64,000 bases of DNA, from assembly GCA_964016885.1 (NCBI GenBank), contig CAXHJY010001284.1, positions 124,001-188,000 on the forward strand, in the 5' to 3' direction. Origin of the DNA: Eledone cirrhosa. Taxonomy: Eukaryota. A program made the translations under genes and the position numbers. Positions 25,521-40,300 of the stretch are shown here, piece after piece; the first letter of the stretch is position 1; every line of letters starts with the position of its first letter. Under the pieces are notes generated by a model, which saw only the letters and a list, made by a program, of their open reading frames with translations, was not told the DNA's origin and did not search any database.

Positions 25521-25758
25521 ATACATATGTATATATATATATATACATATATAAATATATACATATATATATATACATATATAGATATATATAGATATAG
25601 ATATATAAACATATATATAAGCATATAATATATACATACCCACATGTATATACGTGTGCATATATATATATACATGAACACTCAGTGCATTAGCTATATA
25701 TATACACACATATACACATATACACATATGTATATATGTGAGTGAGTGTGAGTGCGTT

Positions 25759-25839
<81 letters not shown>

Positions 25840-26199
25840 TGTATGTGTTTATATGTGTGATCATAAACGTACATTCCAGAATCCGTACATATTCTCATAG
25901 AGAAATACATACAGAGATATCGACTGTTAGACATACACATACATATCAGACAGTGTCTCTCACTTGACTACACATATACCCCATAACCAGCGCCACATCA
26001 CCTCGCACCCTTGGCAACACACCACTTGTTTTCGATAACAAGCTTACCACATTACACATACAGAACTCTACACAGCGAGATACACACACATACGAAGATA
26101 CGCACACACGTCCATGCACATATAATGATGCAGACGCCTACGCGCTATCTAAGCAAACATACATATACAAACATACATACACATACATACACATACATA

Positions 26200-26266
<67 letters not shown>

Positions 26267-26333
26267 GTGTATATATATATGTATATATATATATATACAT
26301 ACCTATATATATACAAACACACACATATATATA

Positions 26334-26366
<33 letters not shown>

Positions 26367-26401
26367 CATACGTATATGCATAAGTATGTGCGTATGTAAT
26401 C

Positions 26402-26487
<86 letters not shown>

Positions 26488-27109
26488 GTGTACGGGTGTG
26501 TGGGTGTGTGTTTCCATTCATACATACATAAATATGCATATATGCATAGATCCATCCCTCCTACATACATACGTACATACATACATACACACATACACAC
26601 ATACATACATACATTTATACACACATACATACATACACACATACATACATACACACATACACACATACACACATACATACATACACGTTAGCTCATACCC
26701 ACCATCACCACCTCAATCATCCCTCTGGCAGCACAAGCTTTTCGTTCGATCACAAACTTACGGCTCTACACACCGGATTAACAAGTCAATCGATTTTTCC
26801 GCCATCTTGTTTTTTTTTGCTTTTTTGTTTATTCTTTGTTCGCCATTTTGTTTTCCTTCATTTGTTGTTTATTTATTGTTTATCACATAGTTTTTTGGGG
26901 GTTTTTTTTCTAGTTTATTTATTTTTATTTTTCGATATTTTCATCAATGTTTGCTTCTTGTGTTTTTGTTGTTATTTTTTGTTGTTTTTGTTTTTTTGAT
27001 CATTTGCATATTTACTTTTTACCTTATTTTTATGTCTTTTATTGGGTTTTTTCCCCGTTGCAATATTTTGTATATTCATTTATTCCTTCTTTATATTTTT
27101 TAATTCATT

Positions 27110-27252
27110 TTGCTGCTGCTGCTGCTACTACTACTGGTACTTGTTAGAGTTGTTATTGTTGTTGTTGGTTGTGGTGGTGTTGGTGGTGGTGTTTGCTGGT
27201 GTTGTTGTTGTTGTTGGTTGTTGTTGGTGGTGGTGGTGGTGGTGTTTGCTGG

Positions 27253-27298
<46 letters not shown>

Positions 27299-27311
27299 GG
27301 TGGTGCTGTTT

Positions 27312-27343
<32 letters not shown>

Positions 27344-27402
27344 GGTGTTTGCTGGTGTTGTTGTTGTTGTTGTTGGTTGTGGTGGTGGTGTTGCTGGTGT
27401 TG

Positions 27403-27434
<32 letters not shown>

Positions 27435-27552
27435 GGTGGTGGTAGTGTTGCTGTTTTTGTTTTTGTTGTTGTTGCTGGTGGTGGTGGTGGTGGTGGTGAT
27501 GGTGATGGTGGTGATGGTGGTGGTTTTTGCTGGTGTTGTTTTTGTTGTTGTT

Positions 27553-27584
<32 letters not shown>

Positions 27585-28520
27585 GGTGTTTGCTGGTGTT
27601 GTTGTTTTTGTTGTTGTTTTTGTTGTTGTTGTTGGTGGTGGTGGTGGTGGTGGTGGTAGTGGTGATGGTGGTGGTGCTGTTTCCTGTTGTTTTATGCGTG
27701 GTTGTGGTTGTTGTTGTTGTTGTTGTTTTCACTGGATGTGATGGTGGTGATGGCGATGGTGGTAGTGTTGTTGTTGTTGTTGGTGGTGGTGGTGTTGCTG
27801 GATGTGGCGGTGGTGGTGGTGATGGTCGTAGTGTTGTTGTTGGTGGTGGTAGTGTTGTTGTTGTTTGTGGTGATGGTGGTAGTGGTGGAGCTGGTGATGG
27901 TGATCGTGATAGTGATGTTGTTGGTGGTGGCGGTGATGATGGTGGAGATGGTGCTGGTGGTGATGGTGGTAGTTTTGTTGTTGTTGGTGGTGGTGTTGAT
28001 GATGGTGAAGATGTTTACTGTTGTCTTAAGTGTATGTTGTTGCTGTTGTTGTTGTTTGGTTTGGTTTACTAGTATTAGTATTATTACTAGTATTATTAAA
28101 CCGGCCTTGTAAAGCCACACAACTCGCCATCCGTCGCTCTTCTGGCAAATAAATATATTAATATTATTACTCTTATTATTATCATTATTATTATTCCCAC
28201 CACCACCACCACCATCATCACCACCTCCACCACAACCACTACCACCATTTCTGCCACCACTACTATCACCACCACTACTACCACCACCACTACCAAAATA
28301 AATATCATCATTACCACCACTACCACCAGCACCACCTTCACCAGCACCATCACCACCACCACCATCACCACCACCACCACTACTACCACCACCATCACCA
28401 CCACCACCACTAACATTACCACCACCACCAGCATCACCTCCACCACAACCACCATCACCAACACCACCATCACCAACACCACCATTACCACCACCACCAC
28501 TACCACCACCACCAGCTTAA
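27110..28520. repeat. Compound trinucleotide tracts, (GTT/GGT/GAT)n then (ACC/ATC)n in opposite orientation
   Basis: Direct reading. Strand polarity switches near 28080-28160. Confidence 0.92.
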
Positions 28521-28595
28521 TTTCGTTTTCTTCCATTTTTGTTATTTTTCCCTACTTTTCTTCCCATTTATTATTGATGTTTGTTGCATTGTTGA

Positions 28596-29234
28596 CTTGT
28601 GGAGCTATGTCGAACAGTTGCTGTCGCGTGTAGGACCGATCCGGTTATCGACTGAGTCCATTGTGCAGATGGTCTCGCCGTCTTCCTTCGAGGAGGAAGG
28701 GCAGGCGGTTTTCATCTGCCTGGTGGCCATGGCGAAAGAGATTGTGTGGTGGACAAGGTTGAAAGGGTTAAAGACAGACACTTTCCTCTTCGCCGAATCC
28801 CTAATTAACTTTTTCAAGTTTCACTTGAAGAGGAAAATCAGGGTGGACAGGCAAGTGCTGCCTTCTAGCAAGTTTGTTGAAAGGTGGATGAATGTAGCAA
28901 GAATAGTCCGAGTGAACGGAACCGCTCTGAATATACGTCTGTAGTTTGAGAAATGGAAAAATTAAGAGAGGGCGCTTGCTCTGGTGGTCAGGGTGGCCGT
29001 GGTCTTTTGTGTGGTTTTCGCCACGAGTAACCCTCGGAGGTTTCCCCCCTATTGGGGAATTTTTCATTGTTTCAATTTTCATTTTTATTGTTTATATATA
29101 TATATGTTTCTATGTCTTTTTTTTTTTCTTATATAAATAATAAAATATTTACACGCACAAAATTCACATCGTACCGTCCTGTACCGTCTGTAATGTTTTT
29201 CTTGATGTCAGCCCTTGTGGCCAATAAAGAAATC
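28596..29234 (+). mobile_element. 5'-truncated L1/Tx1-like LINE (ORF2 C-terminus plus 3' UTR)
   Basis: LWSYVEQLL...AMAKEIVWWTRLK...FVERW resembles the post-zinc-finger tail of Tx1/L1 ORF2. T-rich UTR, AATAAA, then (ATT)n. Confidence 0.7.
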
Positions 29235-29272
29235 ATTATTATCATCACTATCATTATTACTATTATTTTTAC

Positions 29273-29303
<31 letters not shown>

Positions 29304-29315
29304 CCTAGTAGTAAA

Positions 29316-29500
29316 GGGCGGTGAATTGGCAGTATCGGTAGAGGGTCGGACATGCTTTCCAGCATAGTTACGTCCCTTTACGATCTGAGTTCAAATCCCG
29401 CCGAGGTTAACTTTGCCTTTCATCCTTACGGGGTCGATAAAATAAAGTACCAGTAATGTACTGGGTAATTGCTGGCCTTGTGCCTAAAATAGAAACAATT
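29316..29500 (+). mobile_element. Near full-length tRNA-derived SINE
   Basis: A-box-like TGGCAGTATCGGTAG, B-box GAGTTCAAATCC, central GCCTTTCATCCTTACGGGGTCGATAAAATAAAGTACCAG (resembles Nin/Deu-type SINE domains, from memory), then a simple-repeat tail. Confidence 0.9.
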
Positions 29501-29611
29501 ACTACTACTACTACGACTACTACTACTACTACTAGTAGTAGTAGTAGTAGTCGTAATTCTATTCTCAAGGAAAACACGACATAACAATTATGATGATGAT
29601 AGTAATAATAA

Positions 29612-30150
29612 TAACTGTTTCTACTGTTGGCACAAGGCCAGCAATTCACCAGTGTATTACTGGTACTTTATTTTATCGACCCCGTAAGGATGAAAGGCAA
29701 AGTTTACCTCGGCGGGATTTGAACTCAGAATGGCAAGGGCCGTAACTCTATGCGTCAATAATAATAACAATAATGGTTTCTGGTTTAGACACAAGAACAG
29801 CAATTTGGGGTGAGGGGGAAAGTCGATTAAATCGACACCAATTCATTACTGGTACTTTATGTTATCGACGCCGGAAGGATGAAAGGTAAGTCTAACCTCG
29901 GAGGGATTTAAACATAGAACATAAAGGGCAGTAACTCTATGCCAATAATACTGCCAATCAACCATCATATTAACGATAATAATTGTTTCTACTTTTGGCA
30001 CAAGGCCTGCAATTACCCCAGTGTATTACTGGTACTTTAGTTTATTGACCCCGTAAGGATGAAAGGCAAAGTTAACCTCGGCGTGGTTTGAACTCATACC
30101 GTAAAGGGTCATAACTCTATGCTGGAAGGCATGGCGTCTGACTCTCCTTT
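29612..30150 (-). mobile_element. Three tandem SINE copies (~29612-29755, 29775-29957, 29980-30150)
   Basis: Each has ACTGGTACTTTA...ATCGAC...AAGGATGAAAGG..AAGT..ACCTCGG. Confidence 0.88.
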
Positions 30151-30239
30151 ATTAGCCAATCGGGGTTTACATTAAGAGAACAATAAAGACGGTACAGTGT
30201 GGCTTTTCTGGTCGAGAATATTAATAATATTACTACAAC

Positions 30240-30629
30240 TACCATCATCATCATCATCATCATCGTCATCATCGTCATCATCATCATCGTCATCATCATC
30301 ATCATCATCATCATCGTCATCATCGTCATCATCATCATCATCATCGTCATCATCATCAACATCGTCATCATCGTCATCATCATCATCATCGTCATCATCG
30401 TCATCATCATCATCATCGTCGTCATCATCGTCATCATCGTCATCATCATCATCATCTTCAACACCATCATCGCCATCATCATCGTCATCATCATCTTCAT
30501 CGTCATCATCATCATCATCGTCGTCATCATCATCATCATCATCACCACCACCATCACCATCATCATCATCATCAACATCACCATCATCATCGTCATCACC
30601 ATCATCATCACCACCACCATAAACATCAC

Positions 30630-30661
<32 letters not shown>

Positions 30662-30683
30662 CCACCACCACCATCATCATCAC

Positions 30684-30715
<32 letters not shown>

Positions 30716-30775
30716 GCATCATCATCATCATCATCACGCTCAGCATCTTCATCCTCATAATCAATCATTTATGAT
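30240..30775. repeat. (CAT)n/(CGT)/(CAC) trinucleotide tract
   Basis: Direct reading. Confidence 0.95.
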
Positions 30776-30849
30776 TTTCTCGTTGTTGCTGTCTTAACGA
30801 CTCTCCTCCCACCAACGACACCACTACCACTCTCACCATTATCATCTCG

Positions 30850-31025
30850 GGCGGGAAGGAGAAAGTAGATTAACTCGACCCAAATGCGTAACTGGTACTT
30901 TATTTTATCGACCCCCCCCCCCCTGTAAGGATGAAAGGACAAAGCTAACCTCGGTGGGATTTAAACTCAGAACTCTATGCCATAAAGCATATTGTCCGAT
31001 GCTCTACTGATACTGCCAATCCACC
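30850..31025 (-). mobile_element. tRNA-derived SINE
   Basis: Family core match. Confidence 0.85.
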
Positions 31026-31044
31026 TAGAACCAGCCTTGTAGCC

Positions 31045-31304
31045 ATAACAACGTGAATTATCTAATGGGAGTCACCATTCCGTTATTGTGTTTGCCTTAC
31101 TCTGACCCCCACTAACAAACTTCATAAATGAAACCCTCATGGTTCACATGCTAATGGATACGATAGAAATCTACATGGTCGACTTAACAAAATACCTATA
31201 AGGAACAGAATATATATAATGTAGAAACCCTATTAAATATGTCTATAGTTTCTACAAAGATATATGGATGATTATGGGATTAGATAAATGTGTGAAAAAC
31301 CACT
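31045..31304 (+). pseudogene. Decayed R4/Dong-like LINE RT, left part
   Basis: Degenerate GDSLSP-like segment (~31067-31115), YMVDL (YMDDL-like, ~31172-31186) and YSFYKDIWMIMGLDKCVK (~31244-31297). Confidence 0.7.
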
Positions 31305-31308
31305 TTAA

Positions 31309-34300
31309 CCCTTTAGCATTTAAGCCGGCCATATCCGGCCAGAACTCTCTCACTTCTTTCTGTTCAAACTGGCTGTAACCAGTCACTCATACTAATATTA
31401 AGGTATTATTCTCAAAATAAATATCATCAAAATCTCATAGATTTGATATTATGTAAGATAATTATGTAAGGTAAAGCCTTTACTGAGAAAATACAATAGT
31501 ATATATAGAGTAATGTAAATGTTATGGAAGGTAAAGCCTTTACTGAGAAAATACAATAGTATATATAGAGTAATGTAAATGTTATGTAAGGTAAAGCCTT
31601 TACTGAGAAAATACAATAGTATATATAGAGTAATGTAAATGTTATGTAAGGTAAAGCCTTTACTGAGAAAATACAATAGTATATATAGAGTAGTGTAAAT
31701 GTTATGTAAGGTAAAGCCTTTACTGAGAAAATACAATAGTATATATAGAGTAATGTAAATGTTATGTAAGGTAAAGCCTTTACTGAGAAAATACAATAGT
31801 ATATATAGAGTAATATAAATGTTATGGAAGGTAAAGCCTTTACTGGGAAAATACAATAATATATATAGAGTAATGTAAATGTTATGTAAGGTAAAGCCTT
31901 TACTGAGAAAATACAATAGTATATATAGAGTAATGTAAATGTTATGTAAGGTAAACCTTTTACTGGGAAAATACAATAGTATATATAGAGTAATATAAAT
32001 GTTATGTAAGGTAAAGCCTTTACTGAGAAAATACAATAGTATATATAGAGTAATATAAATGTTATGGAAGGTAAAGCCTTTACTGGGAAAATACAATAGT
32101 ATATATAGAGAAATGTAAATGTTATGTAAGGTAAAGCCTTTACTGAGAAAATACAATAGTATATATAGAGTAATGTAAATGTTATGTAAGGTAAAGCCTT
32201 TACTGAGAAAATACAATAACATATATAAATTAATCTAAATGTTATGTAAGGTAAAGCCTTTACTTAGAAAATACAATAGTATATATAGAGTAATGTAAAT
32301 GTTATGTAAGGTAAAGCCTTTACTGAGAAAATACAATAGTATATATAGAGTAATGTAAATGTTATGTAAGGTAAAGCCTTTACTGAGAAAATACAATAGT
32401 ATATATAGAGTAATGTAAATGTTATGTAAAGTAAAGCCTTTACTGAGAAAATACAATAGTATATATAGAGTAATGTAAATGTTATGGAAGGTAAAGCCTT
32501 TACTGAGAAGATACAATAGTATATATAGAGTAATGTAAATGTTATGTAAGGTAAAGCCTTTACTGAGAAAATACAATAGTATATATAGAGTAATGTAAAT
32601 GTTATGTAAGGTAAACCTTTTACTGGGAAAATACAATAGTATATATAGAATGATGTAAATGTTATGTAACGTAAAGCCTTTACTGAGAAAATACGATAGT
32701 ATATATAGAGTAATGTAAATGTTATGTAAGGTAAAGCCTTTACTGAGAAAATACAATAGTATATATAGAGTAATGTAAATGTTATGGAAGGTAAAGCCTT
32801 TACTGAGAAAATACAATAGTATATATAGAGTAATGTAAATGTTATGGAAGGTAAAGCCTTTACTGAGAAAATACAATAGTATATATAGAGTAATATAAAT
32901 GTTATGTAAGGTAAAGCCTTTACTGAGAAAATACAATAGTATATATAGAGTAATATAAATGTTATGGAAGGTAAAGCCTTTACTGGGAAAATACAATAAT
33001 ATATATAGAGTAATGTAAATGTTATGTAAGGTAAAGCCTTTACTGAGAAAATACAATAGTATATATAGAGTAATGTAAATGTTATGTAAGGTAAACCTTT
33101 TACTGGGAAAATACAATAGTATATATAGAGTAATATAAATGTTATGTAAGGTAAAGCCTTTACTGAGAAAATACAATAGTATATATAGAGTAATATAAAT
33201 GTTATGGAAGGTAAAGCCTTTACTGGGAAAATACAATAGTATATATAGAGAAATGTAAATGTTATGTAAGGTAAAGCCTTTACTGAGAAAATACAATAGT
33301 ATATATAGAGTAATGTAAATGTTATGTAAGGTAAAGCCTTTACTGAGAAAATACAATAACATATATAAATTAATCTAAATGTTATGTAAGGTAAAGCCTT
33401 TACTTAGAAAATACAATAGTATATATAGAGTAATGTAAATGTTATGTAAGGTAAAGCCTTTACTGAGAAAATACAATAGTATATATAGAGTAATGTAAAT
33501 GTTATGTAAGGTAAAGCCTTTACTGAGAAAATACAATAGTATATATAGAGTAATGTAAATGTTATGTAAAGTAAAGCCTTTACTGAGAAAATACAATAGT
33601 ATATATAGAGTAATGTAAATGTTATGGAAGGTAAAGCCTTTACTGAGAAGATACAATAGTATATATAGAGTAATGTAAATGTTATGTAAGGTAAAGCCTT
33701 TACTGAGAAAATACAATAGTATATATAGAGTAATGTAAATGTTATGTAAGGTAAACCTTTTACTGGGAAAATACAATAGTATATATAGAATGATGTAAAT
33801 GTTATGTAAGGTAAAGCCTTTACTGAGAAAATACGATAGTATATATAGAATAATGTAAATGTTATGTAAGGTAAAGCCTTTACTGAGAAAATACAATAGT
33901 ATATATAGAGTAATGTAAATGTTATGTAAGGTAAAGCCTTTACTGAGAAAATACAATAGTATATATAGAGTAATGTAAATGTTATGTAAGGTAAAGCCTT
34001 TACTGATAAAATACAATAACATATATAAATTAATCTAAATGTTATGTAAGGTAAAGCCTTTACTGATAAAATACAATAGTATATATAGAGTAATGTAAAT
34101 GTTATGTAAGGTAAAGCCTTTACTGAGAAAATACAATAGTATATATAGAGTAATATAAATGTTATGTAAGGTAAAGCCTTTACTGAGAAAATACAATAGT
34201 ATATATAGAGTAATATAAATGTTATGGAAGGTAAATCCTTTACTGGGAAAATACAATAGTATATATAGAGAAATGTAAATGTTATGTAAGGTAAAGCCTT

Positions 34301-37300
34301 TACTGAGAAAATACAATAGTATATATAGAGTAATGTAAATGTTATGTAAGGTAAAGCCTTTACTGAGAAAATACAATAACATATATAAATTAATCTAAAT
34401 GTTATGTAAGGTAAAGCCTTTACTTAGAAAATACAATAGTATATATAGAGTAATGTAAATGTTATGTAAGGTAAAGCCTTTACTGAGAAAATACAATAGT
34501 ATATATAGAGTAATGTAAATGTTATGTAAGGTAAAGCCTTTACTGAGAAAATACAATAGTATATATAGAGTAATGTAAATGTTATGTAAGGTAAAGCCTT
34601 TACTTAGAAAATACAATAGTATATATAGAGTAATGTAAATGTTATGTAAGGTAAACCTTTTACTGGGAAAATACAATAGTATATATAGAATGATGTAAAT
34701 GTTATGGAAGGTAAAGCCTTTACTGAGAAGATACAATAGTATATATAGAGTAATGTAAATGTTATGTAAGGTAAAGCCTTTACTGAGAAAATACAATAGT
34801 ATATATAGAGTAATGTAAATGTTATGTAAGGTAAACCTTTTACTGGGAAAATACAATAGTATATATAGAATGATGTAAATGTTATGTAAGGTAAAGCCTT
34901 TACTAATAAAATACAATAACATATATAAATTAATCTAAATGTTATGTAAGGTAAAGCCTTTACTGATAAAATACAATAGTATATATAGAGTAATGTAAAT
35001 GTTATGTAAGGTAAAGCCTTTACTGAGAAAATACAATAGTATATATAGAGTAATATAAATGTTATGTAAGGTAAAGCCTTTACTGAGAAAATACAATAGT
35101 ATATATAGAGTAATATAAATGTTATGGAAGGTAAAGCCTTTACTGGGAAAATACAATAGTATATATAGAGTAATGTAAATGTTATGTAAGGTAAAGCCTT
35201 TACTGAGAAAATACAATAGTATATATAGAGTAATGTAAATGTTATGGAAGGTAAAGCCTTTACTGAGAAAATACAATAGTATATATAGAGTAATGTAAAA
35301 GTTATGTAAGGTAAACCTTTGACTGGGAAAATACAATAGTATATATAGAGTAATATAAATGTTATGGAAGGTAAAGCCTTTACTGGGAAAATACAATAAT
35401 ATATATAGAGTAATATAAATGTTATGTAAGGTAAAGCCTTTACTGAGAAAATACAATAGTATATATAGAGTAATATAAATGTTATGGAAGGTAAAGCCTT
35501 TACTGGGAAAATACAATAATATATATAGAGTAATGTAAATGTTATGTAAGGTAAAGCCTTTACTGAGAAAATACAATAGTATATATAGAGTAATGTAAAT
35601 ATTATGTAAGGTAAACCTTTTACTGGGAAAATACAATAGTATATATAGAGTAATATAAATGTTATGTAAGGTAAAGCCTTTACTGAGAAAATACAATAGT
35701 ATATATAGAGTAATATAAATGTTATGGAAGGTAAAGCCTTTACTGGGAAAATACATAGTATATATAGAGAAATGTAAATGTTATGTAAGGTAAAGCCTTT
35801 ACTGAGAAAATACAATAGTATATATAGAGTAATGTAAATGTTATGTAAGGTAAAGCCTTTACTGAGAAAATACAATAACATATATAAATTAATCTAAATG
35901 TTATGTAAGGTAAAGCCTTTACTTAGAAAATACAATAGTATATATAGAGTAATGTAAATGTTATGTAAGGTAAAGCCTTTACTGAGAAAATACAATAGTA
36001 TATATAGAGTAATGTAAATGTTATGTAAGGTAAAGCCTTTACTGAGAAAATACAATAGTATATATAGAGTAATATAAATGTTATTTAAGGTAAAGCCTTT
36101 ACTGAGAAAATACAATAGTATATATAGAGTAATATAAATGTTATGGAAGGTAAAGCCTTTACTGGGAAAATACAATAGTATATATAGAGTAATGTAAATG
36201 TTATGTAAGGTAAAGCCTTTACTGAGAAAATACAATAGTATATATAGAGTAATGTAAATGTTATGGAAGGTAAAGCCTTTACTGAGAAAATACAATAGTA
36301 TATATAGAGTAATGTAAATGTTATGTAAGGTAAAGCCTTTACGGAGAAAATACAATAATGTATATAGAGTAATGTAAATGTTATGTAAGGTAAAGCCTTT
36401 ACTGAGAAAATACAATAGTATATATAGAGTAATGTAAATGTTATGTAAGGTAAAGCCTTTACTGGGAAAATACAATAGTATATATAGAGTAATGTAAATG
36501 TTATGTAAGGTAAAGCCTTTACTGAGAAAATACAATAGTATATATAGAGTAATATAAATGTTATGTAAGGTAAAGCCTTTACTGAGAAAATACAATAGTA
36601 TATATAGAGTAATATAAATATTATGGAAGGTAAAGCCTTTACTGGGAAAATACAATAATATATATAGAGTAATGTCAATGTTATGTAAGGTAAAGCCTTT
36701 ACTGAGAAAATACAATAGTATATATAGAGTAATGTAAATGTTATGTAAGGTAAACCTTTTACTGGGAAAATACAATAGTATATATAGAGTAATATAAATG
36801 TTATGTGAGGTAAAGCCTTTACTGAGAAAATACAATAGTATATATAGAGTAATATAAATGTTATGGAAGGTAAAGCCTTTACTGGGAAAATACAATAGTA
36901 TATATAGAGAAATGTAAATGTTATGTAAGGTAAAGCCTTTACTGAGAAAATACAATAGTATATATAGAGTAATGTAAATGTTATGTAAGGTAAAGCCTTT
37001 ACTGAGAAAATACAATAACATATATAAATTAATCTAAATGTTATGTAAGGTAAAGCCTTTACTTAGAAAATACAATAGTATATATAGAGTAATGTAAATG
37101 TTATGTAAGGTAAAGCCTTTACTGAGAAAATACAATAGTATATATAGAGTAATGTAAATGTTATGTAAGGTAAAGCCTTTACTGAGAAAATACAATAGTA
37201 TATATAGAGTAATGTAAATGTTATGGAAGGTAAAGCCTTTACTGGGAAAATACAATAATATATATAGAGTAATATAAATGTTATGTAAGGTAAAGCCTTT

Positions 37301-40300
37301 ACTGAGAAAATACAATAGTATATATAGAGTAATATAAATGTTATGGAAGGTAAAGCCTTTACTGGGAAAATACAATAATATATATAGAGTAATGTAAATG
37401 TTATGTAAGGTAAAGCCTTTACTGAGAAAATACAATAGTATATATAGAGTAATGTAAATGTTATGTAAGGTAAACCTTTTACTGGGAAAATACAATAGTA
37501 TATATAGAGTAATATAAATGTTATGTAAGGTAAAGCCTTTACTGAGAAAATACAATAGTATATATAGAGTAATATAAATGTTATGGAAGGTAAAGCCTTT
37601 ACTGGGAAAATACATAGTATATATAGAGAAATGTAAATGTTATGTAAGGTAAAGCCTTTACTGAGAAAATACAATAGTATATATAGAGTAATGTAAATGT
37701 TATGTAAGGTAAAGCCTTTACTGAGAAAATACAATAACATATATAAATTAATCTAAATGTTATGTAAGGTAAAGCCTTTACTTAGAAAATACAATAGTAT
37801 ATATAGAGTAATGTAAATGTTATGTAAGGTAAAGCCTTTACTGAGAAAATACAATAGTATATATAGAGTAATGTAAATGTTATGTAAGGTAAAGCCTTTA
37901 CTGAGAAAATACAATAGTATATATAGAGTAATATAAATGTTATTTAAGGTAAAGCCTTTACTGAGAAAATACAATAGTATATATAGAGTAATATAAATGT
38001 TATGGAAGGTAAAGCCTTTACTGGGAAAATACAATAGTATATATAGAGTAATGTAAATGTTATGTAAGGTAAAGCCTTTACTGAGAAAATACAATAGTAT
38101 ATATAGAGTAATGTAAATGTTATGGAAGGTAAAGCCTTTACTGAGAAAATACAATAGTATATATAGAGTAATGTAAATGTTATGTAAGGTAAAGCCTTTA
38201 CGGAGAAAATACAATAATGTATATAGAGTAATGTAAATGTTATGTAAGGTAAAGCCTTTACTGAGAAAATACAATAGTATATATAGAGTAATGTAAATGT
38301 TATGTAAGGTAAAGCCTTTACTGGGAAAATACAATAGTATATATAGAGTAATATAAATGTTATGTAAGGTAAAGCCTTTACTGAGAAAATACAATAGTAT
38401 ATATAGAGTAATATAAATATTATGGAAGGTAAAGCCTTTACTGGGAAAATACAATAATATATATAGAGTAATGTCAATGTTATGTAAGGTAAAGCCTTTA
38501 CTGAGAAAATACAATAGTATATATAGAGTAATGTAAATGTTATGTAAGGTAAACCTTTTACTGGGAAAATACAATAGTATATATAGAGTAATATAAATGT
38601 TATGTGAGGTAAAGCCTTTACTGAGAAAATACAATAGTATATATAGAGTAATATAAATGTTATGGAAGGTAAAGCCTTTACTGGGAAAATACAATAGTAT
38701 ATATAGAGAAATGTAAATGTTATGTAAGGTAAAGCCTTTACTGAGAAAATACAATAGTATATATAGAGTAATGTAAATGTTATGTAAGGTAAAGCCTTTA
38801 CTGAGAAAATACAATAACATATATAAATTAATCTAAATGTTATGTAAGGTAAAGCCTTTACTTAGAAAATACAATAGTATATATAGAGTAATGTAAATGT
38901 TATGTAAGGTAAAGCCTTTACTGAGAAAATACAATAGTATATATAGAGTAATGTAAATGTTATGTAAGGTAAAGCCTTTACTGAGAAAATACAATAGTAT
39001 ATATAGAGTAATGTAAATGTTATGGAAGGTAAAGCCTTTACTGAGAAAATACAATAGTATATATAGAGTAATGTAAATGTTATGTAAGGTAAAGCCTTTA
39101 CTGAGAAAATACAATAGTATATATAGAGTAATGTAAATGTTATGTAAGGTAAAAGCCTTTACTGAGAAAATACAATAGTATATATAGAGTAATGTAAATG
39201 TTATGTAAGGTAAAGCCTTTACGGAGAAAATACAATAATATATATAGAGTAATGTAAATGTTATGTAAGGTAAAGCCTTTACTGAGAAAATACAATAGTA
39301 TATATAGAGTAATGTAAATGTTATGTAAAGTAAAGCCTTTACTGAGAAAATACAATAGTATATATAGAGTAATGTAAATGTTATGTAAGGTAAAGCCTTT
39401 ACTGGGAAAATACAATAGTATATATAGAGTAATTTAAATGTTATGTAAGGTAAAGCCTTTACTGAGAAAATACAATAGTATATATAGAGTAATGTAAATG
39501 TTATGTAACGTAAAGCCTTTACTGGGAAAATACAATAGTATATATAGAGTAATGTAAATGTTATGTAAGGTAAAGCCTTTACTGAGAAAATACAATAGTA
39601 TATATAGAGTAATGTAAATGTTATGTAAGGTAAAGCCTTTACTGAGAAAATACAATAACATATATAGAGTAATGTAAATGTTATGTAAGGTAAAGCCTTT
39701 ACTGAGAAAATACAATAGTATATATAGAGTAATATAAATGTTATGGAAGATAAAGCCTTTACTGAGAAAATACAATAGTATATATAGAGTAATGTAAATG
39801 TTATGTAAGGTAAAGCCTTTACTGAGAAAATACAATAGTATATATAGAGTAATATAAATGTTATGTAAGGTAAAGCCTTTACTGAGAAAATACAATAGTA
39901 TATATAGAGTAATATAAATGTTATGGAAGGTAAAGCCTTTACTGGGAAAATACAATAGTATATATAGAGTAATGTAAATGTTATGTAAGGTAAAGCCTTT
40001 ACTGAGAAAATACAATAGTATATATAGAGTAATGTAAATGTTATGTAAGGTAAAGCCTTTACTGAGAAAATACAATAACATATATAGAGTAATGTAAATG
40101 TTATGTAAGGTAAAGCCTTTACTGAGAAAATACAATAGTATATATAGAGTAATATAAATGTTATGGAAGATAAAGCCTTTACTGAGAAAATACAATAGTA
40201 TATATAGAGTAATGTAAATGTTATGTAAGGTAAAGCCTTTACTGAGAAAATACAATAGTATATATAGAGTAATGTAAATGTTATGTAAGGTAAAGCCTTT

